Made by a program: the position numbers and the translations under genes. This document shows positions 1 through 7,455 of a stretch of DNA of 30,985 nucleotides, in pieces. The notes beneath the pieces are model-generated. The model was not told the DNA's origin. It ran no database searches and worked only from the letters and a program-made list of their open reading frames with translations. The DNA is from an uncultured virus (IMG/VR IMGVR_UViG_3300042276_000826) (Duplodnaviria; Heunggongvirae; Uroviricota; Caudoviricetes), in IMG/VR virus record IMGVR_UViG_3300042276_000826. One strand, given 5' to 3'. Position 1 is the first letter of the stretch. Each line of letters begins with the position of its first letter.

Positions 1-2
1 AT

Positions 3-62
3 CATATTCAACTTTTAGTATTTGAAGGTGTTGAGTATGCAACGTCAATAGAATTGAACTAA
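3..62 (+). CDS. 3' end of a gene truncated by the window start
   Basis: Open frame HIQLLVFEGVEYATSIELN* ending at 62, just upstream of the first structured leader repeat. Confidence 0.45.
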   Translation, partial: HIQLLVFEGVEYATSIELN

Positions 63-84
63 CATTTAATTCTATTTCAAAAAC

Positions 85-182
85 AGTTGCTCATTTGAGC
101 CAACCCAATAGGGGGTACAATTAGTCACTGCCCTATGGGTAGGTGTATGCTCTTTTTTTTACATATCAAAGGAAATATTATG
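85..182 (+). repeat. Structured intergenic leader, copy 1
   Basis: AGTTGCTCA..GAGCCAA-stem-AGTCAC-stem-AGGTGT..T-run..ATATCAAAGGA.ATATTATG, shared with 707-800. Confidence 0.8.
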
Positions 183-632
183 TTTATAGAGCTAAGAAAA
201 AAAAACGAGATTGAAAAAAAAGAAGAGGAGATTTTAAGAAAACAAAAGGAAAAAAGCGACTACGATTCGTTCATAGCCGCAATCCCTAAGAATTTTGTGA
301 TGCATCTAATGCATCCAATGCACATAGGCGAGGAGTGTACACCTCCAAACCTAAAAAAAGCCCTTATTAATGAGGGGGAAGTAAGTATCAAGAAGATGGT
401 GTTTTACTTCAAAGGTGAGCATCCTGAGATGCTTAATGGAAGCATATCCACCAGCTATGATGCATTGGGGTCTCTTCCTGTGTATGAAAAATACGCCAAA
501 GTTGTTCTCAATTCGGAGAACAAAGAGATCATTGAAAAAACAGTAGCATTAATCCATGAAAGTAATATTGGATTAAGTGCAGTTTATGATGAGTTGACAA
601 CACTGACAATTAAAGTGAAGTCAACCCACTAG
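180..632 (+). CDS. Hypothetical protein (150 aa), possibly truncated by a premature TAG (frame stays open to TAA 705-707)
   Basis: AAAGGA RBS before ATG at 180; no recognisable domain. Confidence 0.75.
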   Translation: MFIELRKKNEIEKKEEEILRKQKEKSDYDSFIAAIPKNFVMHLMHPMHIGEECTPPNLKKALINEGEVSIKKMVFYFKGEHPEMLNGSISTSYDALGSLPVYEKYAKVVLNSENKEIIEKTVALIHESNIGLSAVYDELTTLTIKVKSTH

Positions 633-706
633 GGCATATATGTTGAGTATGGATATACCGTACAAGGCATCATTGTTCTAATGCAAGAATATTTCGACAA
701 AAAATA

Positions 707-800
707 AGTTGCTCATAAAGAGCCAATCCACAAGGATACACAAAAGTCACTGTCCTTGCGGATAGGTGTGTCCTTTTTATATATCAAAGGAGATATTATG
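707..800 (+). repeat. Structured intergenic leader, copy 2
   Basis: Same conserved blocks as 85-182, with compensatory changes in the long stem. Confidence 0.8.
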
Positions 801-1709
801 ACAATTCAAGAAACAAAAGTAGAGTATATCACCAACTCAAGAACAATCCACGAGATCAACAATTCAATTGCCTACTATAACTATGAAGGTAATCATTTTA
901 GAGTATTTGAATCATTTGAAGATGCAAAAGCGTTTACAAATGGAGAAGATGTCTATATAAAAGAGGATTTTGACTCAGAAGAAGATTTAGACGTATTTTT
1001 AGAAAATACGGATATTTGTTCAGTATGTGGAGAAATTTGTGGGCCAGATGATGAGTGCTATTACGATGAAGAAACGAGTGATGCTTGTTGCACTATATGT
1101 TGTTTCTACGATGAACGAGACAATGTTTACCGAAAAGGTAATGAATTAGAGTTTAGGCTTAAAGAATTTGCTGAAGGTAGTGAATGTTGTCCTCATTGTG
1201 GGGGTGATTATAAACAAGTTGAAAACGATGAAGATTTTGATTGTATAATTGAAAATTATCAATGCAATGAGTGTAATAAACGATGGTTTAAGCGATACTC
1301 TTTTGACAAGGTTGGAGCAGGTGATTCAATGCATATAATTACATCAGAGGATGAAGAGATGCTTGCATCTGAAAACAAAGCAATGGGTGATTTTCTTGAA
1401 AACCAAATTGGTTTTTCACAAGAAGATGTGTCAACTATTGCTAATGATAGCAAGCAATTGTATTGCGTACATGTGACATGCAACAATTCATTGCAGCACT
1501 ACTCTATGTATGTAACGGAAGACAAAGCAAAAGAGAAATATTTAGAGCTTTGTAAGAAGTGGTATGCCGAAAATGGTGTAGAAAATCTTAGAGAAGTCGT
1601 AGAAGACTTAAAACTTAATGATATTCAATTCTATGATGGATATTATGGTTCAGAAGAATACTACGATGCTTGTGATGGTGCACATGTTGCGTGGGAGAAG
1701 TTATCGTGA
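798..1709 (+). CDS. Acidic, Cys-rich hypothetical protein with several CxxC motifs (303 aa)
   Basis: AAAGGAG RBS before ATG at 798; CSVC, CTIC, CPHC, CNEC motifs; very D/E rich. Confidence 0.8.
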   Translation: MTIQETKVEYITNSRTIHEINNSIAYYNYEGNHFRVFESFEDAKAFTNGEDVYIKEDFDSEEDLDVFLENTDICSVCGEICGPDDECYYDEETSDACCTICCFYDERDNVYRKGNELEFRLKEFAEGSECCPHCGGDYKQVENDEDFDCIIENYQCNECNKRWFKRYSFDKVGAGDSMHIITSEDEEMLASENKAMGDFLENQIGFSQEDVSTIANDSKQLYCVHVTCNNSLQHYSMYVTEDKAKEKYLELCKKWYAENGVENLREVVEDLKLNDIQFYDGYYGSEEYYDACDGAHVAWEKLS

Positions 1710-1918
1710 GAAAACATCTATCTATTTTAAAAGAAGAAGAGGAAGTGGTTATTGAAAAAAATCAACTCATTTATCAAATCTTTCTAAGATGCGATGGAGA
1801 TTATGAGTACAACGTTTTTGATTTAACCGATTTTATTCCAGGGGATGTTTTGAATGTTCACGATGGTGGAACTATTGACACAATAGAAGACGTGGCTGAG
1901 TTCTTAAAAACACTTTAA
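1706..1918 (+). CDS. Small acidic hypothetical protein
   Basis: GTGA start/stop overlap with the upstream gene, GGAG RBS. Confidence 0.7.
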   Translation: MRKHLSILKEEEEVVIEKNQLIYQIFLRCDGDYEYNVFDLTDFIPGDVLNVHDGGTIDTIEDVAEFLKTL

Positions 1919-1941
1919 TTATTAAAACAAGGAGATCAACA

Positions 1942-2169
1942 ATGAAAATTAATAATTATACAACGAAAAAAATTGGATATGCGGGGTTGCTTAAATTAAG
2001 CAGCGTTTCGGAAAACTTTGATTGGCAAGGTTTAGAAACAGATGGATATGCTGTCCATGAAATCAACGATGACAACTTAAAGCTTTTAAAAGAATCAAAT
2101 TTGTTATCACAAGATGAGGTATCAATGATGATTGAGAATGATGTAGATTTAATTGTCTTTACCTCATAA
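1942..2169 (+). CDS. Small acidic hypothetical protein
   Basis: AAGGAG RBS, operon-like spacing. Confidence 0.75.
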   Translation: MKINNYTTKKIGYAGLLKLSSVSENFDWQGLETDGYAVHEINDDNLKLLKESNLLSQDEVSMMIENDVDLIVFTS

Positions 2170-2179
2170 GGAGTTGGTT

Positions 2180-2431
2180 ATGACAAAAATAAGCTCAATT
2201 AAGCAGCTAAAAGAGCTGTGCTTAGAAGAGAATGGACCAATTGATTGCTTTATACAATTAGGTGCATTAAGAAGCTCTAAGAGCATCTGTTTCGATGATG
2301 AAGATGGCAAATTTTCAATCATTAATGAAATTGATGATAGCGAGGACATTTTAAGTCCTAGCGAGTTGTTAGATAAAAGTCTAACCAATATTGGTGAAGC
2401 AATCCAAAAGGGTTGTTTCTATATGTATTGA
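2180..2431 (+). CDS. Small acidic hypothetical protein
   Basis: AAGGAG RBS overlapping the upstream stop, ATG at 2180. Confidence 0.75.
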   Translation: MTKISSIKQLKELCLEENGPIDCFIQLGALRSSKSICFDDEDGKFSIINEIDDSEDILSPSELLDKSLTNIGEAIQKGCFYMY

Positions 2432-2450
2432 TTTTTTCAATACATAAATC

Positions 2451-2528
2451 AATACTAAGTATCTTAGTATTAATTAGCCCTATTCTTAGGGCTTTTTAAA
2501 GTTTTTACCGTGAAGATTTTAAAAAGCT
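2451..2528 (+). terminator. Tandem hairpins including a probable intrinsic terminator
   Basis: AATACTAAG-TAT-CTTAGTATT, then AGCCCTA-TTCT-TAGGGCT followed by a T-run, then a third imperfect stem. Confidence 0.6.
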
Positions 2529-2629
2529 CAACCTTTAGAAAATATAATTTTAAGAAATCTTTAATATTTTATTAAGCTTTATTCTATTATTATTTGGATA
2601 AAGTTTAATAAATAATGGAGATCAACACC

Positions 2630-3019
2630 ATGCGACAAATTAAAAACTATTTAACTGGACAAAGAGTAAGAATCTTATCAAAAGAAGTTTTACTTCAAAT
2701 AGGATATGAGGATAATGACGATAAAAATGACTTTCTCAATCTTTTAGCAGGCAAAGAAGTTACCATTCAAGACTCTTATGAAAATGGGCAAATTTATACT
2801 TGCAAAGAGTACCCAGATATTGCTATTTATAAAGTCTTTATTGCATCTTTGGTTATTGAAGATACTTTAGCCTTTAAAAGTATTGGAAAAATGATTGGAC
2901 TGACAACTGAGCCTACAAGACGTACATTCAATATTGCTGTAAATAAAATAAGAAACCTCGTAGGCAACAATGAAGATGAAAAATATGATTTAGAAGGATT
3001 ATGGAGTGAGCAAAAATAG
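2630..3019 (+). CDS. Hypothetical protein
   Basis: GGAG RBS before ATG at 2630; 129 codons open. Confidence 0.7.
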   Translation: MRQIKNYLTGQRVRILSKEVLLQIGYEDNDDKNDFLNLLAGKEVTIQDSYENGQIYTCKEYPDIAIYKVFIASLVIEDTLAFKSIGKMIGLTTEPTRRTFNIAVNKIRNLVGNNEDEKYDLEGLWSEQK

Positions 3020-3224
3020 TCTTAGATTTATTAAAAAAAGCTGTCCAAATTATTTAGGTCGCTTCACTTTGTTTGAAAAGAGGCTCATATTGGAATATAT
3101 TAACGCCCTATTCCCAACTTGTAACAAAAACCAACTCAACATAAAAAAAGAAGATAATAGCCTTATTATTGTTCTTCATTACACAAGAGAATTAACAAAT
3201 TTTTATGTAAGTGAGATTAAATAA
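3006..3224 (+). CDS. Hypothetical protein
   Basis: GTG start overlapping the upstream gene; converges on parB. Confidence 0.55.
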   Translation: MSKNSLRFIKKSCPNYLGRFTLFEKRLILEYINALFPTCNKNQLNIKKEDNSLIIVLHYTRELTNFYVSEIK

Positions 3225-3226
3225 TC

Positions 3227-4237
3227 TCACTTTTTGTTTAGAATCTCATTTATTTTTTCCAAATAAACTTCAAGTTCTTTTTTGTCGTTTTCACTAATAT
3301 TTTTGAAATTTTTCTTAGGAATTTTTGATAAAGCTTTTATATTATCATGCAGTCTGGTGAGATTGTTTGAGTCCTTATTTGTATCTCCTACATTAACATA
3401 GAGTTCTAAAAAATATTTTCTAAGCTCTTCAACTGTCATACGCTTATTTCTTAAAAGATTAAGTATTTTAGAAATATCATTTTCTGTTTTCGCTTTTGAT
3501 TTAATCACCATTGCTTGTGTATAACTAACATAGCCATCCACAATCCCCTCTTTAATCAATGGGTGTATTTCAAGGATATTCATTTTGTCTGCAAACGATA
3601 AAGCTTCATATCGCCCTATTCTGTTAAACACGCCCTCCACTTCATCAAGTAAATTCAATTCTTCAACCGAAAGTTTTTGAATCTTTCCAGTTTTGAAGTT
3701 CTTAACCTTGTTTAAAAAGCTTTTTATCTCACCGATACTGTTGAAGTCACAAACAATAAGTAAATGCTCCATAATTGAATATGTTTCATCATAAGGGTTT
3801 AAATCCTCACGGTTTAAATTTTCGCTTGAACGAATAAAACGTGCAAGTTCATCGCTCATGTTTTCTACAATAATTGCAGGCACTTCCTTTTGTCGATTAT
3901 ATTCTAAGGCTGAAATACGACTAAAACCAAATACTCTTTCATATATGCCATTAACTTTACGCACCAAAATTGGTGCTAAGATGCCTGTTCCAAATAAGCC
4001 TGCACCCTCTTTGTGTAGCTTATTGATGTTTTCTGCTAAATCATTTAATTTCTCTTTACTGCAAGATAAACGATTGTGCATCACCGTTCCATCTTTCAAT
4101 GTTAGCTCTTTTATCTTCTCAATTTTCAATAAAAAAATATTGTCTTTAGCATTCTCTAAAATTGCTTCTTTTTTTTCTGCCATTTCAATAATAGCACTTT
4201 GGACCGCTCCTGTTCTTTGCGGTTTTACTTTTGCCAT
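3227..4237 (-). CDS. parB: ParB/RepB/Spo0J-family partition protein
   Basis: GILAPILVR..YERVFGFSRI and SENLNREDLNPYDE ParB N-terminal motifs; directly downstream of parA. Confidence 0.9.
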   Translation of the reverse strand: MAKVKPQRTGAVQSAIIEMAEKKEAILENAKDNIFLLKIEKIKELTLKDGTVMHNRLSCSKEKLNDLAENINKLHKEGAGLFGTGILAPILVRKVNGIYERVFGFSRISALEYNRQKEVPAIIVENMSDELARFIRSSENLNREDLNPYDETYSIMEHLLIVCDFNSIGEIKSFLNKVKNFKTGKIQKLSVEELNLLDEVEGVFNRIGRYEALSFADKMNILEIHPLIKEGIVDGYVSYTQAMVIKSKAKTENDISKILNLLRNKRMTVEELRKYFLELYVNVGDTNKDSNNLTRLHDNIKALSKIPKKNFKNISENDKKELEVYLEKINEILNKK

Positions 4238-4252
4238 CTTTATTTCCTCCTT

Positions 4253-5143
4253 TTACTTTTCAATCTCATTGGTAAGTCTGTCAATTTTAAGAATTATGTC
4301 TTTATTGTTCTTTGCAAAACTCATAATATAAGGTTCTAAAAACAGTTTAAACGCAGGTGCATCCTGAACCAAACTCTTTGTTGGAAATTTATCTCCAATT
4401 ACACACTCTAAATCTCTTAGGTTTTTTGTCTCTTGAAATAAATTTGGTACTCTTTTAATGTCGGCAAGTGCTGCTTTACAATCATTAACTCGTCCATCAT
4501 ACATATTAGGAAATATGATAATTTTTTTAATATTCATATTTTTATAGCTGCCAACAATAGTGTCTAAACGTCTAATAAAACCAACCATCCCTGATATGTC
4601 AACATTCTTTGTTGCAATAGGCGTAACGACAAAATCACTGGCTCTTAATAAAGCAGTAGTAATAATTCCAAAAGAGGGTGGGCCATCAACTACGATTTTA
4701 TCATAATCTTTTTTCTGTTTAATTAGAAATTCACAAATTAAATCAATCTTTTCTGATTTTTTCATCTCATCTGATTCAATAGCATCCAATAATTCATAGT
4801 TGCATGGTATAAAATCAATTTCAATATCCTCCTCTAAAAAATGAGGTTGAAGCATTTTCCCCTTATTGGGGTTATCCACAAATTTTGTTGTCTTGATTTT
4901 AATAGGCTGCACATCTTTTTTAGAAAAAAGTCGTGTAATGTTGCTAATATCATCTTTTGTAAAACTCTCATATCCATAGCCAAAAAACGCACTCGTTAGA
5001 GTTGATTGTGGGTCTATATCAATGAGTAAAGTCTTATACCCTCTTTTTGCAAAATTGTATGCAACCATTTGTGCTGTAGTGCTTTTTCCGACACCTCCCT
5101 TTTGCACACTCAGTGCAACTAAATCACCATGATTTTTGTTCAT
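4253..5143 (-). CDS. parA: ParA-family partition ATPase
   Basis: Deviant Walker A QKGGVGKST, LLIDIDPQ, VVDGPPS. Confidence 0.95.
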   Translation of the reverse strand: MNKNHGDLVALSVQKGGVGKSTTAQMVAYNFAKRGYKTLLIDIDPQSTLTSAFFGYGYESFTKDDISNITRLFSKKDVQPIKIKTTKFVDNPNKGKMLQPHFLEEDIEIDFIPCNYELLDAIESDEMKKSEKIDLICEFLIKQKKDYDKIVVDGPPSFGIITTALLRASDFVVTPIATKNVDISGMVGFIRRLDTIVGSYKNMNIKKIIIFPNMYDGRVNDCKAALADIKRVPNLFQETKNLRDLECVIGDKFPTKSLVQDAPAFKLFLEPYIMSFAKNNKDIILKIDRLTNEIEK

Positions 5144-5157
5144 ATTGACTCCTTTTA

Positions 5158-5344
5158 AAATTTACACTTTCAAAACGGGTAACTCTAACCCCCATGAAAT
5201 CGAACTTTTGAATATTAGCAAATTTTAATTAAAAATGTCAAGTAATTACTTGATATATTTTATTTATTAGGCTATAATTTTATTAAAGTTTATTTTATTA
5301 ATAAAAATAAGCACTTATTAAATTTACACTTTCAAAACGGGTAA
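5158..5344. repeat. Two identical 25-bp imperfect palindromes (5158-5182, 5320-5344); candidate parS/operator sites
   Basis: AAATTTACACTTTCAAAACGGGTAA twice, flanking the parA/recD2 divergent intergenic region. Confidence 0.7.
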
Positions 5345-5365
5345 TTTTTTTAACGGAGATAAAAA

Positions 5366-5432
5366 ATGGAAAAAGAGGCAATTTTTGAAAAGATAATTTT
5401 TGAAAACGGTGAGGGTTTTATAATTGCCCTTG
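5366..5432 (+). pseudogene. recD2: N-terminal fragment of a RecD2-like helicase, cut by the IS605 right end
   Basis: GGAG RBS + MEKEAIFEKIIFENGEGFIIAL, resembling the RecD2 N-terminus; the RecD C-terminal motifs lie on the other side of the IS. Confidence 0.55.
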
Positions 5433-5600
5433 GTGAACTACTCGTAGATAAATCTACGAGCTTCCTCGTTCAACGGATATAATCTTACACTTAAAGCATC
5501 AACATTACGAAGATTTTTAAGAGCAGAGGATTTGTCCTCCAGAGGCATTGTTTTTCTGTGTTCCACAGAAAATTTTGATAATTTAATCATGTTGAATGTA
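5413..5600 (-). ncRNA. Predicted TnpB omegaRNA/reRNA overlapping the tnpB 3' end; guide starts at 5432 (5' boundary approximate)
   Basis: Inferred from known TnpB biology; the RE hairpin lies inside the last tnpB codons. Confidence 0.5.
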
Positions 5601-6772
5601 GAATTTAAATCTCTTGGGATTTTAATATTGCATTCAGGACAAATATAAACTCTATCATTTAGAGTCATATTTTTAATTGAGCCACAATTACTACAACCTT
5701 TTGTAGTTGGAAGAGATTTTGATAATATGTTAATTCGATGGCTCTCTAAGTTTTTTATCTTAGACTTTATTGCCCCTAATCCTGAATATTGAATCTTTTT
5801 TCCAAATATCTTGTGTTGATGCCATGATTTAATCATCTCATCTTGCATAGATATAAACTTGTAGCTTTCAATTAAACCAAATATATGATTGTTTATATTT
5901 GTTCTTTTATTGGATACTTTTTTGTACTCCTTTTTTAATTTTGATAGTGTTTTATAAAAGTTGTTTGATTTTTTATCACTCTTTTTTGAACCTTTCTTTT
6001 TAGATAATCTTCTTTGAAGTTTTTTAAGTTGTTTTGATTCTTTGATATTATATGAGAAACCAACACCATTGCTTAAAGTAATTTGTTCTTTAATTCCCAT
6101 ATCAATACCAATAGTTTCATTTTTCTTTTCAATATCAGTATGATAGATAGTTAAATTTAAATAGTAATCATCATTAATTTTTAATAGTTTTGCATTTGCT
6201 ATTTCTAAATCAGGAAATTTTGAAGCAAACTCTTTAATTTGATTTAATCCATTTACTTTAATATTTTTTTTAATTCCCTGAATAGATATTTTATTTGATT
6301 TAAAGTCTATTCTGTGAGTTATCTTATATTGTTTTAGATTTATTGAATTTACAAATGATTTAAATTTTAATTTACCAACCTTGTGACCTTTTTTCTTTAG
6401 TTCACTAAGCCCTGATAAATTAGATTTAACCTGTGTAGCAACTGCTTGTTTCATTTGAGAAGAGATAAACTTTAAAGGTTTTATTTCTACTTTGTCTTGA
6501 TAAGGAACTTCTATTTGTTTTAAAGATTTAACATAAGTATCATTAGCCCTATTTTTAATATCATTTAAAATGTGGTTATATATCCATTTAGCTTCAATAA
6601 ATAGCATGAATAGATGTTCTAACTGCTGTTTATTTAATTTATTCTTTTGAATTTTTAAATTAATAGTTCTGCATCTTTTTAAAGCTCTTCTTTGTTTTGT
6701 AGCTTTTAAAGTAGCTTTAATTTGAGTATTTTTAGATAATTCGTTGTTGTTTACAATTGGATTAATACTCAA
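5438..6772 (-). CDS. tnpB: RNA-guided endonuclease TnpB
   Basis: RuvC-I GIDMG, RuvC-II region MQDE, zinc finger CSNC..CPEC, RuvC-III RDLNS; AAGGAG RBS before TTG. Confidence 0.93.
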   Translation of the reverse strand: MSINPIVNNNELSKNTQIKATLKATKQRRALKRCRTINLKIQKNKLNKQQLEHLFMLFIEAKWIYNHILNDIKNRANDTYVKSLKQIEVPYQDKVEIKPLKFISSQMKQAVATQVKSNLSGLSELKKKGHKVGKLKFKSFVNSINLKQYKITHRIDFKSNKISIQGIKKNIKVNGLNQIKEFASKFPDLEIANAKLLKINDDYYLNLTIYHTDIEKKNETIGIDMGIKEQITLSNGVGFSYNIKESKQLKKLQRRLSKKKGSKKSDKKSNNFYKTLSKLKKEYKKVSNKRTNINNHIFGLIESYKFISMQDEMIKSWHQHKIFGKKIQYSGLGAIKSKIKNLESHRINILSKSLPTTKGCSNCGSIKNMTLNDRVYICPECNIKIPRDLNSTFNMIKLSKFSVEHRKTMPLEDKSSALKNLRNVDALSVRLYPLNEEARRFIYE

Positions 6773-6812
6773 ATTTTGCTCCTTTATTTTTTATTACTAT
6801 ATGTATTTAATT

Positions 6813-6856
6813 ATTATACTAAATTTATTGACTTAATGCAAGTATTTTAATATACT
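6813..6856. promoter_or_regulatory. Overlapping divergent sigma70 promoters for tnpA and tnpB
   Basis: + strand TTGACT(6828)-17-TATACT(6851), with ATG 7 nt later (probably leaderless tnpA); - strand TTGCAT-17-TATAAT (6841 to 6813). Confidence 0.6.
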
Positions 6857-6862
6857 ATATGT

Positions 6863-7146
6863 ATGAAATATACAAAAGAAATTACAGTTTATAGAACTTG
6901 TGTTTGCAATATAAATTATCATATTGTTTTTTCAACAAAATATAGAAGAAAAGCTCTAAATCAAGAAGTTGAAATTTCATTAAAAGAGATAATATATCAA
7001 ATAGCAAAAGATAAAGATTTTCAAATAATAGAGATAGAAGTTGGTGAATTAGACCATATTCATATTTTTATAAAAGCTCATCCTAAATATGCAATAGGAC
7101 AAATAGTTAAATACATTAAAGGAATATCAGGAAGATTGCTTTTTAT
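6863..7146 (+). pseudogene. tnpA: IS200/IS605 Y1 transposase TnpA, 5' part (interrupted)
   Basis: YHIVFSTKYRR, HUH motif DHIHI, KGISGR; continues at 13561. Confidence 0.92.
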
Positions 7147-7191
7147 CGCCCTTATGTAGGTGTGTAACCTTTTAGGTAAAAATAAAAAACT

Positions 7192-7455
7192 TTACTCCTT
7201 TTTCTCTTTTTTACCAACAAGTTCAGCTAGAATCTGATTAACACCATTTCTTTTATCGTTCACCCTCTCAAGTTGTATCACTCCACCATTAGGTGGACAG
7301 TCCATATCATCAAAAAGCTTTTCCACCGCTATTTGCATCACTTGCTCCGTAACATCATTTTCCCAACTAAAAAAGCCTTCATAGTAGGCCTCAAGCTTTA
7401 TTCGTCCTGTTTGGTGGTCATAGACTAGCTCTAATTGAGATGGTTCTTTGTTCAA
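7192..7455 (-). CDS. Conserved small terminal passenger protein (homologue of 30752-30985)
   Basis: Overlaps the res stop; Y.xQTGxIxL..DVTEQV..aveKLfDd shared with the last ORF in the window. Confidence 0.8.
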   Translation of the reverse strand: MNKEPSQLELVYDHQTGRIKLEAYYEGFFSWENDVTEQVMQIAVEKLFDDMDCPPNGGVIQLERVNDKRNGVNQILAELVGKKEKKE

